NCBI GenBank assembly: GCA_012295275.1
Contig: CM022665.1
Location: 21,204,001 to 21,268,000, forward strand
Origin: Chrysomallon squamiferum
Taxonomy: Eukaryota > Animalia > Mollusca
Length of the DNA: 64,000 nucleotides
Reading direction: 5' to 3'
Shown here: in pieces, positions 14,183 through 32,500 of the stretch
Layout of the letters: the number at the start of each line of letters is the position of its first letter
Numbering within the stretch: the first letter of the stretch is position 1
Notes under the pieces: generated by a model
What the model was told of the DNA's origin: nothing
The model's input: the letters and a program-made list of their open reading frames with translations, nothing else
Database searches by the model: none
Position numbers and translations under genes: made by a program

Positions 14183-14188
14183 TTTATT
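14183..14188 (-). terminator. Candidate distal polyadenylation signal of ATP6V1E
   Basis: AATAAA on the minus strand followed by a GT-rich tract (14140-14170), near the edge of the CpG-depleted domain. AATAAA is frequent by chance here. Confidence 0.35.
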
Positions 14189-16664
14189 TATTTTTAACAC
14201 CATCACAACCATCAATCTAAAACAATAGATAGATATATTTCATATAACATACTCTGCATTAACACCTTGACAACAATAAAACTAAAACACCAGACTAGGT
14301 AGACAAACACAGCTACATTTTATAAAGTGACTATACAGAAATCAATCTGTATTAAACAAGATAATTATGTAGGCAGAGAGATATATTTCAATACATGTAC
14401 AGTAATACAGAGACTCAAATCACAGCCAGTGTGATGAGGGGACTATTAAATCTACACAGCTGGTTGGATAAAAAGAAAAAGGTAATTGATCATATGAACA
14501 AATATATCAATAATAATATCAAAATGGCATCAATGACACTTGAAGATAATAATAATAATAATAATAATAATAGTGATGATGATGATGATAAAACAAGCAA
14601 TAATAATGTTTGCTTTCAAAATTACAAATATCTTCCATTTTGTTGTTAGTACAACATTCAGTCTTTTTTTTAATCTTTTTTTTGTGAAATTTTAGAATGA
14701 TTTTTCTTTCTTTCTTTTTAGTGGTATGAAGTTCAGACTTTGTCAACTAAAATTTAGCTATCACCAAAAATTAATAAAACAGAACTGAAGTATTTTAAAT
14801 TAAAAGTTTACTAGAAAATTACTTCTGTATTTTTTGGAAAAATCCAGGTTTCAGTGCTGAAAGCAGAATGCATTTTGTATATTTTAAAATTACCACTTGT
14901 ATTTTTTTTTTTTAATCCAAATTTTCTTATTAGAAAATCATTGGTTATTAGTAAACAAATAAACAACCACATATATTCATGTTTAGTTCAAACAGTTTTA
15001 ATAACAAAACAACTGCTTCACAGAAAATAAAAATAAAAATAAAAATAATAATAAAAAAGAAATTCTAGTTGTATCATCATGAAATTTTAGTTTCAGTTCA
15101 AACTATCATTTCAATTTTGTTTTGTTCTTTGTTCCAGATTTACTTAAAACTTCTTTTTATTTGTGTTTACCATTAATTCAGATTAAAAAAAATAAGATTA
15201 ATGGGCAATTTTCAAATTTATTTTTGAATGTTCACAACAGACTTCAGTCATTTGCAAACTATGCATTCAATTTGTATTAATAACAAAATAAAAATACAAG
15301 GAACTGATTGATCCTTCAAAAATGAACATAAAAGTAAAAATTTATAATTTTGTTCATATAACTTTATTTACAAATATTATAATTGTTCTTGATTTTAATT
15401 TACAATAAAAAAAATTAAACGACAATAAAATACAATTTAAACAAAATAATGAGTGATAGTTTTTTATTTTTTATTTTAATTAGCATGCACCAAATTCCTC
15501 TGTAGATTAAAGAAAAATAAATAAATAAAATATTAATAATTTCAGTGGTAGTAGTAGTAACAGTTATGACAGTAATAATAGTAATAATAATAAATTAATT
15601 AATTAAATAAAAAAAAAAAAATAATGAAGAAATACACAAACATTTTTTATTATTATTATTATAAATCTGAGGCAGTAATAAAGGGTTCTGAAATGCCAGA
15701 CAGGTAATACAATGTCAGCTACCTACTATTTTTATATAACAAAACACCTCCAGAAATAACATACAATCCTCTATAAATTCTGAACTATTGTTATTTAATC
15801 TATATATGCACACACCTACAATTCATTTGATATTCTTTTGATATACCACATCAAACTAACCTACACTACAAATTCCTTAATGTCCAGACTGGACAATAAT
15901 TGATGGGACCATCTTAATCATTTTTGTCCCCTGTGGAATGTTGTTTATATGAGAAGAAAACATGTCAGTTATCAGACTGGAAAAATAGTAGGTACATTAT
16001 CCTAGATTTCAGTTAACCCCAACACTGGATTTAAGTTCAAGCTTAAAAAGCTGTGGCTGGGTTTAGTGATAGAATTAGGATTGGTTGTTTGAGTGGCTCT
16101 TATAATATTTGACTTTTTAAAAAGTTTAAATCATTATTTCACGTTTGAACCTGACAAACAAGATCTCCTCATATTCTGATAATCTAGAATGATAATCCTT
16201 CAACAAATATTTATTCAAAAATTAATAACTTAATTTGCAGGTCAAATATAAAAAAATATTAAAAAATAATAGAGCAATAAAAAGAATTTATTCCAGCCAT
16301 AGCATATACAACTGTATGTTGGAAAAATATAATAAGGAAAATCTTCATGAAAATAAATTGTGTGTGTGTGTGTGTGTCTTTATAAAAACATAAACATGTA
16401 ATTATTGTCATGTTTTATATATAAACACACAAGCAGAGCTAGTAGAATTGCCCATTATCAATTAATGATAATGTTATACTTGACAGTCATATATGTTACT
16501 ATGGAAATGATATCTACCCAATATGGACAGAAAATGTAACCGGCTATGTAATCTATCTGGTACCAACTATGTAACCAACTAAACAACCAATCTGTAAGTG
16601 ATGTTTGTTATTTCTGTTTACAGTAATTAAACAGATGAGTTTCTAATTATTTAATAAAAATGCA

Positions 16665-21661
<4,997 letters not shown>

Positions 21662-21949
21662 CTTGACTATTTAGAATAAATATTCAGAGATGCAACAAAT
21701 AAAAATTATCAGTCTTCTTCCCGGAAGTCAAAAGCATGTGACACACGAATTGATTACGTTTGCTGTAAAAGGAATCGGTAGAATTCGTAGAACAGAAAAT
21801 TCTTTCGACAAATTACGACGACAAAACATAATCTTTTGATTGGAGAAATATATGGCGAAAGTTTCCGAAAATTATATCGGGTCTGTTCGTATTTATACAG
21901 GCTTGTATATTGCAAACGACCTAAACCCCAAAGATTTTGTCCCCAATAC

Positions 21950-21999
<50 letters not shown>

Positions 22000-22211
22000 A
22001 CTGATTAATAAGTTTGACATTTGGTTCTATTCCAGGTATTCCCTATATATTACATTAAACGTTTTTGTTTTATTGTTGTGGTTATAAAATTATGTGACAT
22101 CATAAAAATCAATTTTCAACCTTTTACATATAATAGGACTGATTAAAAAGTAGCAAATTTTACCAGTTTTGTTTAATCAGGGATATATACGAATCGGACT
22201 GATTTCATTGC

Positions 22212-22254
<43 letters not shown>

Positions 22255-22675
22255 TAAATAGAAAATACAAAGAAGAATAGTGTTAAACTGTTTTGACAAT
22301 TTTATTAAATTATTATAAATAGCTCGTTTATTGAAAACTTAAACGTTCAAAGCACAATAAAATTTCTTAAATATGGCAGCTCTTTGTAACGTGAATCTGT
22401 ATATTTAGCTTGTAAATATATATATATATATGGAAAATCACTGGTAGTAGCGATTTGATTGAGGTTCTAAATGGCAGTAACTCGGAAGGGAAATAACCCG
22501 TAACTATGCGCATAATAATTTTCATTCGACATACCTACGCATGTTGTTACCAAAAACAACATGGCGGTACTCTGTCAACATTTTGCCATTTGACACTTAA
22601 GAGATGTTTTTATTTATTCTGGTGTCTAATAGACGGAAAATATAAAACTTCCTTGTGAAGACTGTAGCTTTTAAG
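21662..22675. promoter_or_regulatory. Bidirectional promoter region, ATP6V1E / CEP126
   Basis: Start codons about 1 kb apart, divergent, in a CpG-retaining island. ATP6V1E side: ETS CCGGAAGT (21721-21728) and E/M-box CATGTGAC (21735-21742). CEP126 side: TATGCGCATA (22505-22514), X-box-like GTTACCAAAAACAAC (22546-22560), YY1-like AACATGGCGG (22558-22567). Confidence 0.75.
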
Positions 22676-25600
22676 ATGCTGGCTGGCGGTTATTCGTATC
22701 CTTTTGATATTTGAAAACATTTAAAATTATTCCTTTCAACTTTTAGATATCAGAGATTATGCCGGACCCGCCTTAAACTTAAGTTGACTCACTGATTAAT
22801 TCCAGGCAAAGCAGATCATGGAGTGTTATTGTATTATAATTTCTGAATTAAATTTTATAGTTACTACGGTGTAAATATAAGTTATATAGTAGTTATTGAT
22901 TAAAGGGTATGAACATTTTAATTTTGAATTAATACAAATACTGTTACATTAATAATACTAATATTAATAGTAAATTAGTAATAAAATTAAAACAGTTCTG
23001 AAATATATTTCAACAATATTTCAAAATTAAAAACAAACTGTGTTGTAATTCATACATTTATTATTGTAGTTATTGATTTTTTAATATACAATATGATTTG
23101 TAAGTAGTAACATAATCTGAAAGATTTTCTAATTGTTATTTTAAACAAGAAATTTTATATAATATCAAAGTTCCTGTCAAAAATCAATTAACTTACATTT
23201 TATGAAATTAAATTATAATTTTTTATAAATGTTTTATATGATTTGAAGATTGTTTAGTCATACTTCTGTGATTGTTACATTGTTATAAAATATGACAGTT
23301 ACCTGCATACTGCATAATATTGTGAACAAATGTTCTTAATTTTTAAAAGTTATGCTGCTTACATACAAACACAATAGTCAAATGACAGATATATTCATTT
23401 GATACTTTTGTTTTATCATAATTCCAATTGTTACCATGTACCCTTGTAAAATATAGGACTTCTATATACTGATTTATTTAAAATTTAATCTTTTAATATT
23501 TGCTTATTTATTTAATCCTTAATGACTTAAAAGGAAACACTACAAAACAATGGAGAAGTCTAAGCTTGAGACTCTCAAAGAAATGGCTCAAATTGACAAA
23601 TATGATTCCATAGCCAGAGCACGAAGACTTTCACAGGAAACTAACAAAAGACGCAAGTGTGTTATTTTGTTATTAATTCATTTCATTTCCTTTCATTTAA
23701 TTATTTTTGTTTTTATTTATTTATTTATTTATTATTATTATTATTATTATTTATGCAGATTTATATTGTTTTGTGTTACTATATCAGTTGTTTCATTTCA
23801 GACAGCAAATACTAAAAAGAAAGGCTGAAGCTCAGCGAGAAGAAAAACGTAGACAGGAGATTCTCTCCCGACGTCGAGATGAGCAGAGAAAGGCTACAGA
23901 ACGATTCCAGAGAGCAAACATTCCAAACAGTCGACCAGGAAGTCGCCGAAACTCTCCTCAAAGAGCCAACACAGACGAAGCCCTGAAACTAATCCGAGGA
24001 ATGACTCCTTCGTACATGAGACAGAACAGTGACAATAAAAAAATGCCTCCAAGGGCATTCAGCTCCAACAATTACACACCTGATTCCCGAGGTCGGCCAC
24101 AGAGTGGCAGTCAGTCTAGCAGCCAACAAGACCATGCAGCAAATCTCGAATATGCCATGATGATGAACAGAAGTTTCCGTAACATGACTAGCAGTCGGAA
24201 TTTATTTGAGACCCAGCTCAAATATCACCAGCAGCTGCTTCTTGAAGATCAGAAGAAAGCCCTGCATCAGTTTAATGAAGCCATCATGAATGAAATTGAA
24301 GGAGACAGGCGAGTACAGGGAGTGATGGACATAGATTCTGAGATGGTTAGGAGTGAAAGTTTATCCAGTATTGACAGCTTGGATGCTGCAGCTAACAAAG
24401 AAAAGTCAAATGGTTCTAATCATATTTCCAGTCAAACAGTCGCCCCGTCTTGTTCCAGCCAGCCAGAGATATACTCCAGTCCTATAGCAAGAGTTGAACC
24501 CACTGGCTTTCAGTTACCGAATGAGAATTCTGAAAACAGAAGAATGTTTGTTTTGTCATCTGATGGAGAGCAGATGAGAAATGAAGCAAACTGTGAGCCT
24601 CTTGTTCATTCACAGATGAAGAAGTTGGAAGAAGTCATCCACTACCACAACTGTGGTGACATTGACAGTCCGTCCAGCCTCAACAGCAGTTACAGCTTTA
24701 TGTCCAATCATACAACCCCTAACAACGGTTTAAGTAACAGATCCCCGTCTTACCCCAATAGTCCACAAGTCTCTCATGTGTCGACATTGTCGTCCACTCT
24801 GCCTGCAGGTTTTGTTGTGACGTCCACTCAAAATGGACATGTCCTTCCCAGCACGTCACACATCCCACAGTCATCAGCTTCTTCTGGCAGTAACATTATG
24901 TCAGAGTCATCTTCTAGAATCAGTGTCTGGTCAAACAGCTCCATGCTAGATGGATACAGCACCATGTCAAATTCATCCACTGTTGCTGGAGGTAATGCAA
25001 AGGTACCACAGCCATCTGACGTGCCAGGTGGTCTTATGCCACATTCGTCCAATACATCTGGCAGTAGTACATTGCCACATTCATCTAATGTGCCCGGAGG
25101 TATTATGCCACATTCATCAAATGTATCTGGAGGCAGTTCTATACCACATTCATCTAATGTATACAGAGGCAGTACTATGCCACATTCATCTAATACCTCT
25201 GGAGGCAGACCTGTGCCACATTCATCTAATGTGTCAGGAGGCAGTTCGATGCCACATTCATCCAATATCTCTGGAGGAAGTACTACACCACATTTGTCTA
25301 ATGTGTCAGGAGGCAGTTCAATGCCACATTCATCTAATATCTCTGGAGGAAGTACTACACCACATTTGTCTAATGTGTCAGGAGGCAGTTCAATGCCACA
25401 TTCATCTAATATTTCTGGAGGAAGTACTACACCACATTTGTCTAATGTGTATGGAGGCAGTCATATATCATCATTTGCTGCTGTTTCAGGTAACACTGAC
25501 AGTCAGATCTCAGGTACACTGAATTATGTTACTACGAATGCTGCTAACCAGGCTAGTTTTAAAGATAAATTTCAGCCAGGTAGTCACGACATTGCCTCAC

Positions 25601-26826
25601 ACACCTCTAATCAAATCGGAAAAATGAACAAACTCTTTTCTGATGTTCCTCTTTCAACATCGGCACATTATTCCAGCATTCTGGCAGCTCATGCAACTCC
25701 AGTGATACCAACATCAACAACTACGACCACATATGTAATAGGTCCTCGTCAGTTAGCCTCTAGGAATGGGTCAAGTCACCCACCTGTCCAGGCCAAGGAC
25801 TGGATAAATTTAGAGTCATCTAATGTTATCAAGGATGCACAGATCAGTAATGGGCAGACAACTAAAAATGGAGAAACAGTGCACACATCTGACACTGCCA
25901 CCCACACTCAGAACATTGCCTCGGGCTTTACAGTGCCTTCAGTTACCAGTTCTTCATTGACAGCTGACTGTCAGAGTAAAACAGCTCCCTCTCAGTCAGC
26001 AGTCAAAGGTGGGAACACAGGTCATCCAAGCACGAATGTGAACTGCAAAACAGTTGCTCACTCCATCAAAAACGGTACGACAACGTTTAGCATTGCATCC
26101 AACAAACCAGTTGTGTCCATGCCAACTAGTAAAACAGCTGATACTTCTAACAGAAGTACACTGACAACGAATGCTCAAGCTAGTTCAGGTACCTGTCAGT
26201 CAAATTTGACCACAGGTCAGTTTAGTGGTTGCCTAACAAAGGGTACACTTGGTTTAGTTAATGGAAAATTGACAGTTTTGACAAATGATGATAAATGTGC
26301 TAATTCTGAGAATGATGCTTGTTTGGTCGACAAACCCCCCAAACCAATCCCAGTAAGTGAAACTGAATCAGATCCTGAATCGGGAATTCGAAGCATCCTG
26401 AAAAAACCACATTTGAACGTCCTGAAAAAAGCAGAGTCCACTGGGAGCTTGAATATCAAAGACAGCTTAGAGTTGACCAGAAATCATCTCAAAGAAAACA
26501 GTGCTGGCCATATTGATTCAGTGGTGAGTTGGTTTGTATTTTTTTTTTTAAATTTTTTTTTTTAAATTTTATTTCCCAGAGAAATCGTGATGGTTTCAAA
26601 TCAGTTTACATATTTTACCTATGCAGATGAATTCTGTTAAATAATTATAAAACTCTCTCACATTATGTATTCAATGACACCTTCATTTATTTGCATACAG
26701 TTAATTATAGTTCATTCCCATCTACCTGTTAGTCTGGGGAGGGTGGGTGTTTTTTTGTAAGAGTTTTAAGGTTTTTTTAAATTTATTTATTTATTTTTAT
26801 TTTAATTTTTTTAATTTATTATTATA

Positions 26827-26877
<51 letters not shown>

Positions 26878-27200
26878 TTGTTGTTGTTTGTTATGTGTTT
26901 GTTCTTTTACTCAGTACATTTGTACACATATCTTCTTTCATCTAAACACTTCAATTTTTTTATATAATGTTTCTAACATCAAAATAAATCAGATACTTTT
27001 TTAATATATTTTTTGTGATTTGGAAATTGTTCAAAGTTTTTTTTTTTATGTATATGTTTATATATATAGATGAGTCTGTTTTTATGGTAGGTTACATATA
27101 TACAGGTTTTGTATATACAAGAAAAGATTTAAAGACTTGTTTGAAGTTTTTATTTATTTTACAAGGTCATTTTTTCTTGTGTCTTTTACTGTTGAAAGGT

Positions 27201-27234
<34 letters not shown>

Positions 27235-27554
27235 TAGGTAGATTATAGATATACTTATATAGATATGCATGTTTTGTATGGTATGTGAAAAGGAAAGTTA
27301 ATGAGTAGACTTTTGTTTGAAGCTATTTTTTAAAACATGATAAATGTGGTTAAATTGTAGCCTAAAAAGAAATCGGTTCGTTTCATTGACTTTGAAGTGA
27401 ACTCTAACAAATCAGCAGTGACTGAAGACACTGAACCTGAGAACAAACAAGTAGATCAGAACATAAAAATACTTGGAACTTCTAAAGGTAAATGTATAGG
27501 GTCATTTTAATTTTTATGCAATATTTCAGTTTTGGTGATAATTTTTGTATTATA

Positions 27555-27586
<32 letters not shown>

Positions 27587-29546
27587 CAAGCATGTGTGTG
27601 TGCGTGTGTGTCTAATAAAAAACTATATGCATATTGATTTTAACCCTAGTTGTTTTTAAGTTGTGTGTGTGTGTTCTGCATGTGTGTTAAACAAACATTA
27701 ACATATATTTAATTTTTTGGAGTGTTTTCAATTTTAAAACATTTTTATTGTAAAGGTTTTAAATAATATCTTGTAAATTGAAATCTTTACTCTTAAAGTT
27801 GTAATGCACAGAGAAAGCACTGCAACTTTCAGCTAATGTTATTATTGTTATTATTCAATTTACTGTTATTATTATTATTATTATTTTTATTTTTATTATT
27901 ATTATAGGTGTTCATGTTGTTGTTGTTATAGATTATTATAATGATTTAAAATACAGCTAATTCATATTAGAATTATTAATTTCCAGGTACTCCTAAACCC
28001 AAAACAAGAACAAGAATTATATCAATGAAAGCAACAAATCCGTCAAAGCAGGAAGTTCAGAAGAGAATAGCTAGAGCAGCCATTTCTAGTTCCAGTCAGA
28101 CAAAAGCAGCTCATGTAGATGTCATACAGCATGCCAAGGACAGGCCAAAAGCTGCTGCCCACATCATCACCCACTCCACAGAGGGCACGCAGCTTTTGCA
28201 GCATCAAGATGGCAACAGCAGACAGGCAGAGCAGAATGAGAAGAGAGTCAGAGTTGTAAGTAATAACTTCATGGAGAAGGTTCCCATACATCAGTCTTCA
28301 GCTGTGATGTGTACCTCACAGCAGGCAGTTGGGTACACAGGAACTGACTGGTCTCAGAGATACAGTGATGAGGAATATCCAGATGTGAAGCAGAAAGAGG
28401 AAAATGCTTACCTGAAATATACCACTGCTCCTTCGGTTAGTGTGAGACAAAATCCTGGAGTTTACAATGAAAACGGTTTGAGAATAGATAGGACCCCAAC
28501 TGATGACGAAATTAACTCCCTGTGGGAGAAAGTTCGGACATGCTTGGACACTGCTCCTACTGGACCAGACAGAAGAGGTCACAATGAAGGACCAGCCGAT
28601 CCTAACGGTTCAAAATACATCGCTTCAGTTTCTAACAAATATTTCGATGGAACTTCTCTTGGAATAACGAGCAATTCACGATCTGGTTATAACTACAGTG
28701 GTGCCGTTCAGCAAAGAATCGTTAATAATGGATCTTCAGTGAAACAGAGGCCAGCAACTAATGGGTATTTGAGAAGATATGGTCTGTTGCAGCAGAGGAG
28801 GATTGGATCGGGAAGGATGCCCATGATCACACAACAAGACACAGCTCAGATCAACCCTGTCATCAGTCATCAGGAACCACAGCCTGGAACTAGCTACCAG
28901 ACAAAAGATGATGGTAAAACAAAATTTAATATTGTTACTTAATTATCATATTCATACAGTTTAAAATCAAATTTTGTTTTGTATACTGGTAGTGATTACT
29001 GTACTGTAAATTATGATCGGAAATTAGTTTGCTGAATTTCAGTAAAAAAAAAACAACAACATATATATATATATATAGTAATTAATAAAACAATGTACTA
29101 ATAAAGTTAGTAAATAATAAAACATTAAACTTTAATTAAAAGTTAATAAATAATAAACAATGTACTAATTAAGTTAGTAAATAATAAAACAATGTACTGA
29201 TAAAATTAATTAATAATAAAGCAATATAATAATAATGAATTTTGTGGTTTATCAATGGGTTATTTTAATTAATGTTGGATTTCAGTGACAGACAGTCTAA
29301 TGTCATTCGTGGCTGCTGAGAAGCTGGCAAGCCAGTCAACGACAAACAGTCAGATGCAGGCTGCATTTGACGAAAGACATCGGAAGCGTGTGCTTCAGAT
29401 TAAACATTCCCCATCAAATCCAGGTTTTTTTATATTTCATTTCATTTTAGCCAGTATATATTTGTAGATGATATTTGTTACCAGCATGTGTATTATTTTT
29501 AGATTAAGAGAGAAATTTATAAATTGATGAAATATTAATAATAATA

Positions 29547-29590
<44 letters not shown>

Positions 29591-32500
29591 CATTACTTTT
29601 ATCATTATTATTGTTATTATTATGGTTGTTGTTGTTTTTGTTTTTAAAATAATTTTTCTTCTAAATATATCCAGTGTTATTGTTAATTATATATATATAT
29701 ATTTTGTTTCTAGGCCCTTCAGCTCTTTCTTTAGAAGAACAAAAACTTCTAGAATCTCTTGATCGACTGAATGAAAAACTTAAAAGTGAGTTCGCATTAA
29801 AATCTGTTACGCAGAGAGAAATATTATTTGTTTGTCTGGAAAGTTCTAAGCAATGTCAACATCTGTGTCTTTAAGGGGACACACGTGGTGAAAATAATTT
29901 TTTTATTTTTTATGTTACAGAATTGAAACTAGGTGGAAATAATCCCATTTTGTTACCATAAATAAGTAGAATATTTTTTATGACAAATGGTTACTTTTAT
30001 TTTTGGCTTTTTTAAAGTAGCCAGTTCGTGAACCTCTCCAATCCAAACCTTTATATATATATATATATATATATCATTCAAACTGCTGAAGTTCACCATA
30101 GACATGTATTTCTACAAAGTAACAGAAAGAAATCAGTCTTTGTTTTCATACTTCAAAAGAAATAATTTTTTAAAGAAATAATATGTTTTTCATTCATATT
30201 TTGAAACAACAGAAAGTTGTATAAAGGTTATTTGACAAGAATAGTTAATCTTTCCACGATTTTCTTTCTGTTACTTTGTAGTATTTATTTCTAAATATAT
30301 ATATTCCAATTTGGAAAGTGTAACACAAATAGTTTTCATGCAGCATCTTTCCCAAAATGTTAGGATAGTACTAAGAAAAAGATATATGACTAAAAAACCA
30401 AATGAAGTTTTATAAACCATATTTCCAGTTATTACGGCTATAGGGATGATGTTATGCATCATTATTATGTAATCTACATGCACTTCCTCTGGCAAAAAAA
30501 ACCTGAAACATTTATCTGAAAATAAATTTTTATGTACATTTTCTAAACAGTCATGTTAAAAACTAAAAAACAATTTTGTTATTCAAATTTTGTAATTTTT
30601 CACCTAGCTTGTCCCCTTAAATACTTTATATAATGGTTGTAATGTAGCAATGAAAGATATATTGGCATAACTTACAGCATGGTAACCTGCTGGCTACGTC
30701 TCAATGCAACACACATCAATAGATCTCTTATTTTTGTCAGTACCTATCAATGTCAAAACTGGATAACCAGAAGTTTTATTTTCTCCACATAATGAATTTC
30801 TTCTTTAAGAAAAATCATTTGTAAAGTGTGTACCAAATAGTGTTGTAGGTAAATCAATAATTCAGAGATGGTTTACCAGATTTTTTTTTAACATTTTGAT
30901 GATATTAAAGATAATGAATGCATTTTTGTTTGTACTGTTTTAATGATAGTTTCATATAATGTGTTAGTACATGATGTAATAATAAGATATTTATATTTGT
31001 ATTTTAGTTAAGGAAAGTAGGTATACCATTATATCAGATTGGTTGTTTGTATTTTTTGTTTTGTTTTACATTATATGAAAATTAAGTGTTTATATTTTTA
31101 TTTTGGATAATGAAAGTAGGTATACCAGATTTAAACAAAAACCATTTATTAACCCTATTTTAAAAATAATTTAGACTTGTATTGTAGTTAATAAAAGTAG
31201 ATATACCATGTAACAGTTTCTGAGTGTTTTTTTTCTTGTTTTTTTTTTAAATTTAATATAAAAATAATGGATGTATTTTTATTTGTTATTTTAGTTAACA
31301 AAATTCGGCATACCACCATTTCAGTTTCTGTATTTTTGTTGTTGTTATTTTGGTTGTTTTTGTGTTTGTTTTTTGCTGGGTTTTTTGTGTGTGTTTTTTA
31401 ACTTGATATAAAAATAATGTGCTTATTTATGTTTGTATTTTAGTTAATGAAAGTGGATATCCCACTAGACAAGTTTCCCAACCAGTGACCCAGCCTCAGC
31501 AGAATGTGTTTGTACATGTAAGTAAAACTGTTTTTATTTAACTTCACTTACTACCTTTTAAGTTAGTATTTTATTCATAATGCTATACAACCTTTATTTT
31601 TTTTTTTTTATCCCTACAAATTTATCCATATTCCGTCCAAAAATCTGTTGCTCTTTTGATTTTTTTTTTTTTTTTCACAATATATGTTTACATTCTTCTT
31701 AAGTTTCTTGTAGATAATATATATATATACCATCTTCATAATATAACCATAATATATTTTTTATGTATATTAATGATTAACTTTGATAATATAATCTGTT
31801 TGATGTTAACTTATAAGTAGTATTAAGCTTATACACCAGCAGTACTGATGCACCTTTACAGAAGCTCTCAGAAAGTAACAGTGATAATAATGATTATAAA
31901 ATTTGACATCACAAAGTTTATAGGTTGTAATATATTCGTGTATCAAAACACACTGTGAGTCTTTATTTTCATGTTCATAAAGCCAGTAACAACAATAATA
32001 AAATATTTTAGAGTAATATACACTGAGAGATAACATGTGAAGAATGCCAAATATTTAAATATAAATATATGTAATTATTAAATTAAAAAAAAAAAAAAAA
32101 AAAATTTCTGTAATAAAATATAAATAAATTATACTTTTCAGAACAATAAATTCAGAACCATGAAAAATAAAATAATAATAATAAAATAAATATAATTATT
32201 AAGTAAGTAAATAAATAAATAAATAATTAAATAAATAAAATTGTTAAACAAACAAATAAATTAAATAGTAAGAAAACATAACTGTTAAATAAATAATTAA
32301 TTGTACGTTATTTAAAAAGAAAAAAAATGAAAAACAAGAAAAAAAAAAAAGAAGAAGAAAGAAAGAAAAAAATTCCAAACAAAATAATATTGTGAATACA
32401 CTTAGATTCGTATCAAGCTAAGTCACTTACTAAGTATAGTAAGACATTATAGCATGTGTTAAGTAAGCCTGTTGTTGGCATTGCAGAATGTTAGAGTAGA

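Noticed and set aside
23707-23801. Hydrophobic signal-peptide-like start of the 952-aa ORF
   Set aside because: Intron 2 sequence with an (ATT)n tract. The exon starts at the acceptor at 23802.
24950-25522. Cys/His-rich 190-aa ORF (CHIHLMCQEAV repeats) and the antisense 145-aa DECG-repeat ORF at 24828-25265
   Set aside because: Alternative frames of the stop-free 36-bp CEP126 repeat. No independent splice or promoter evidence.
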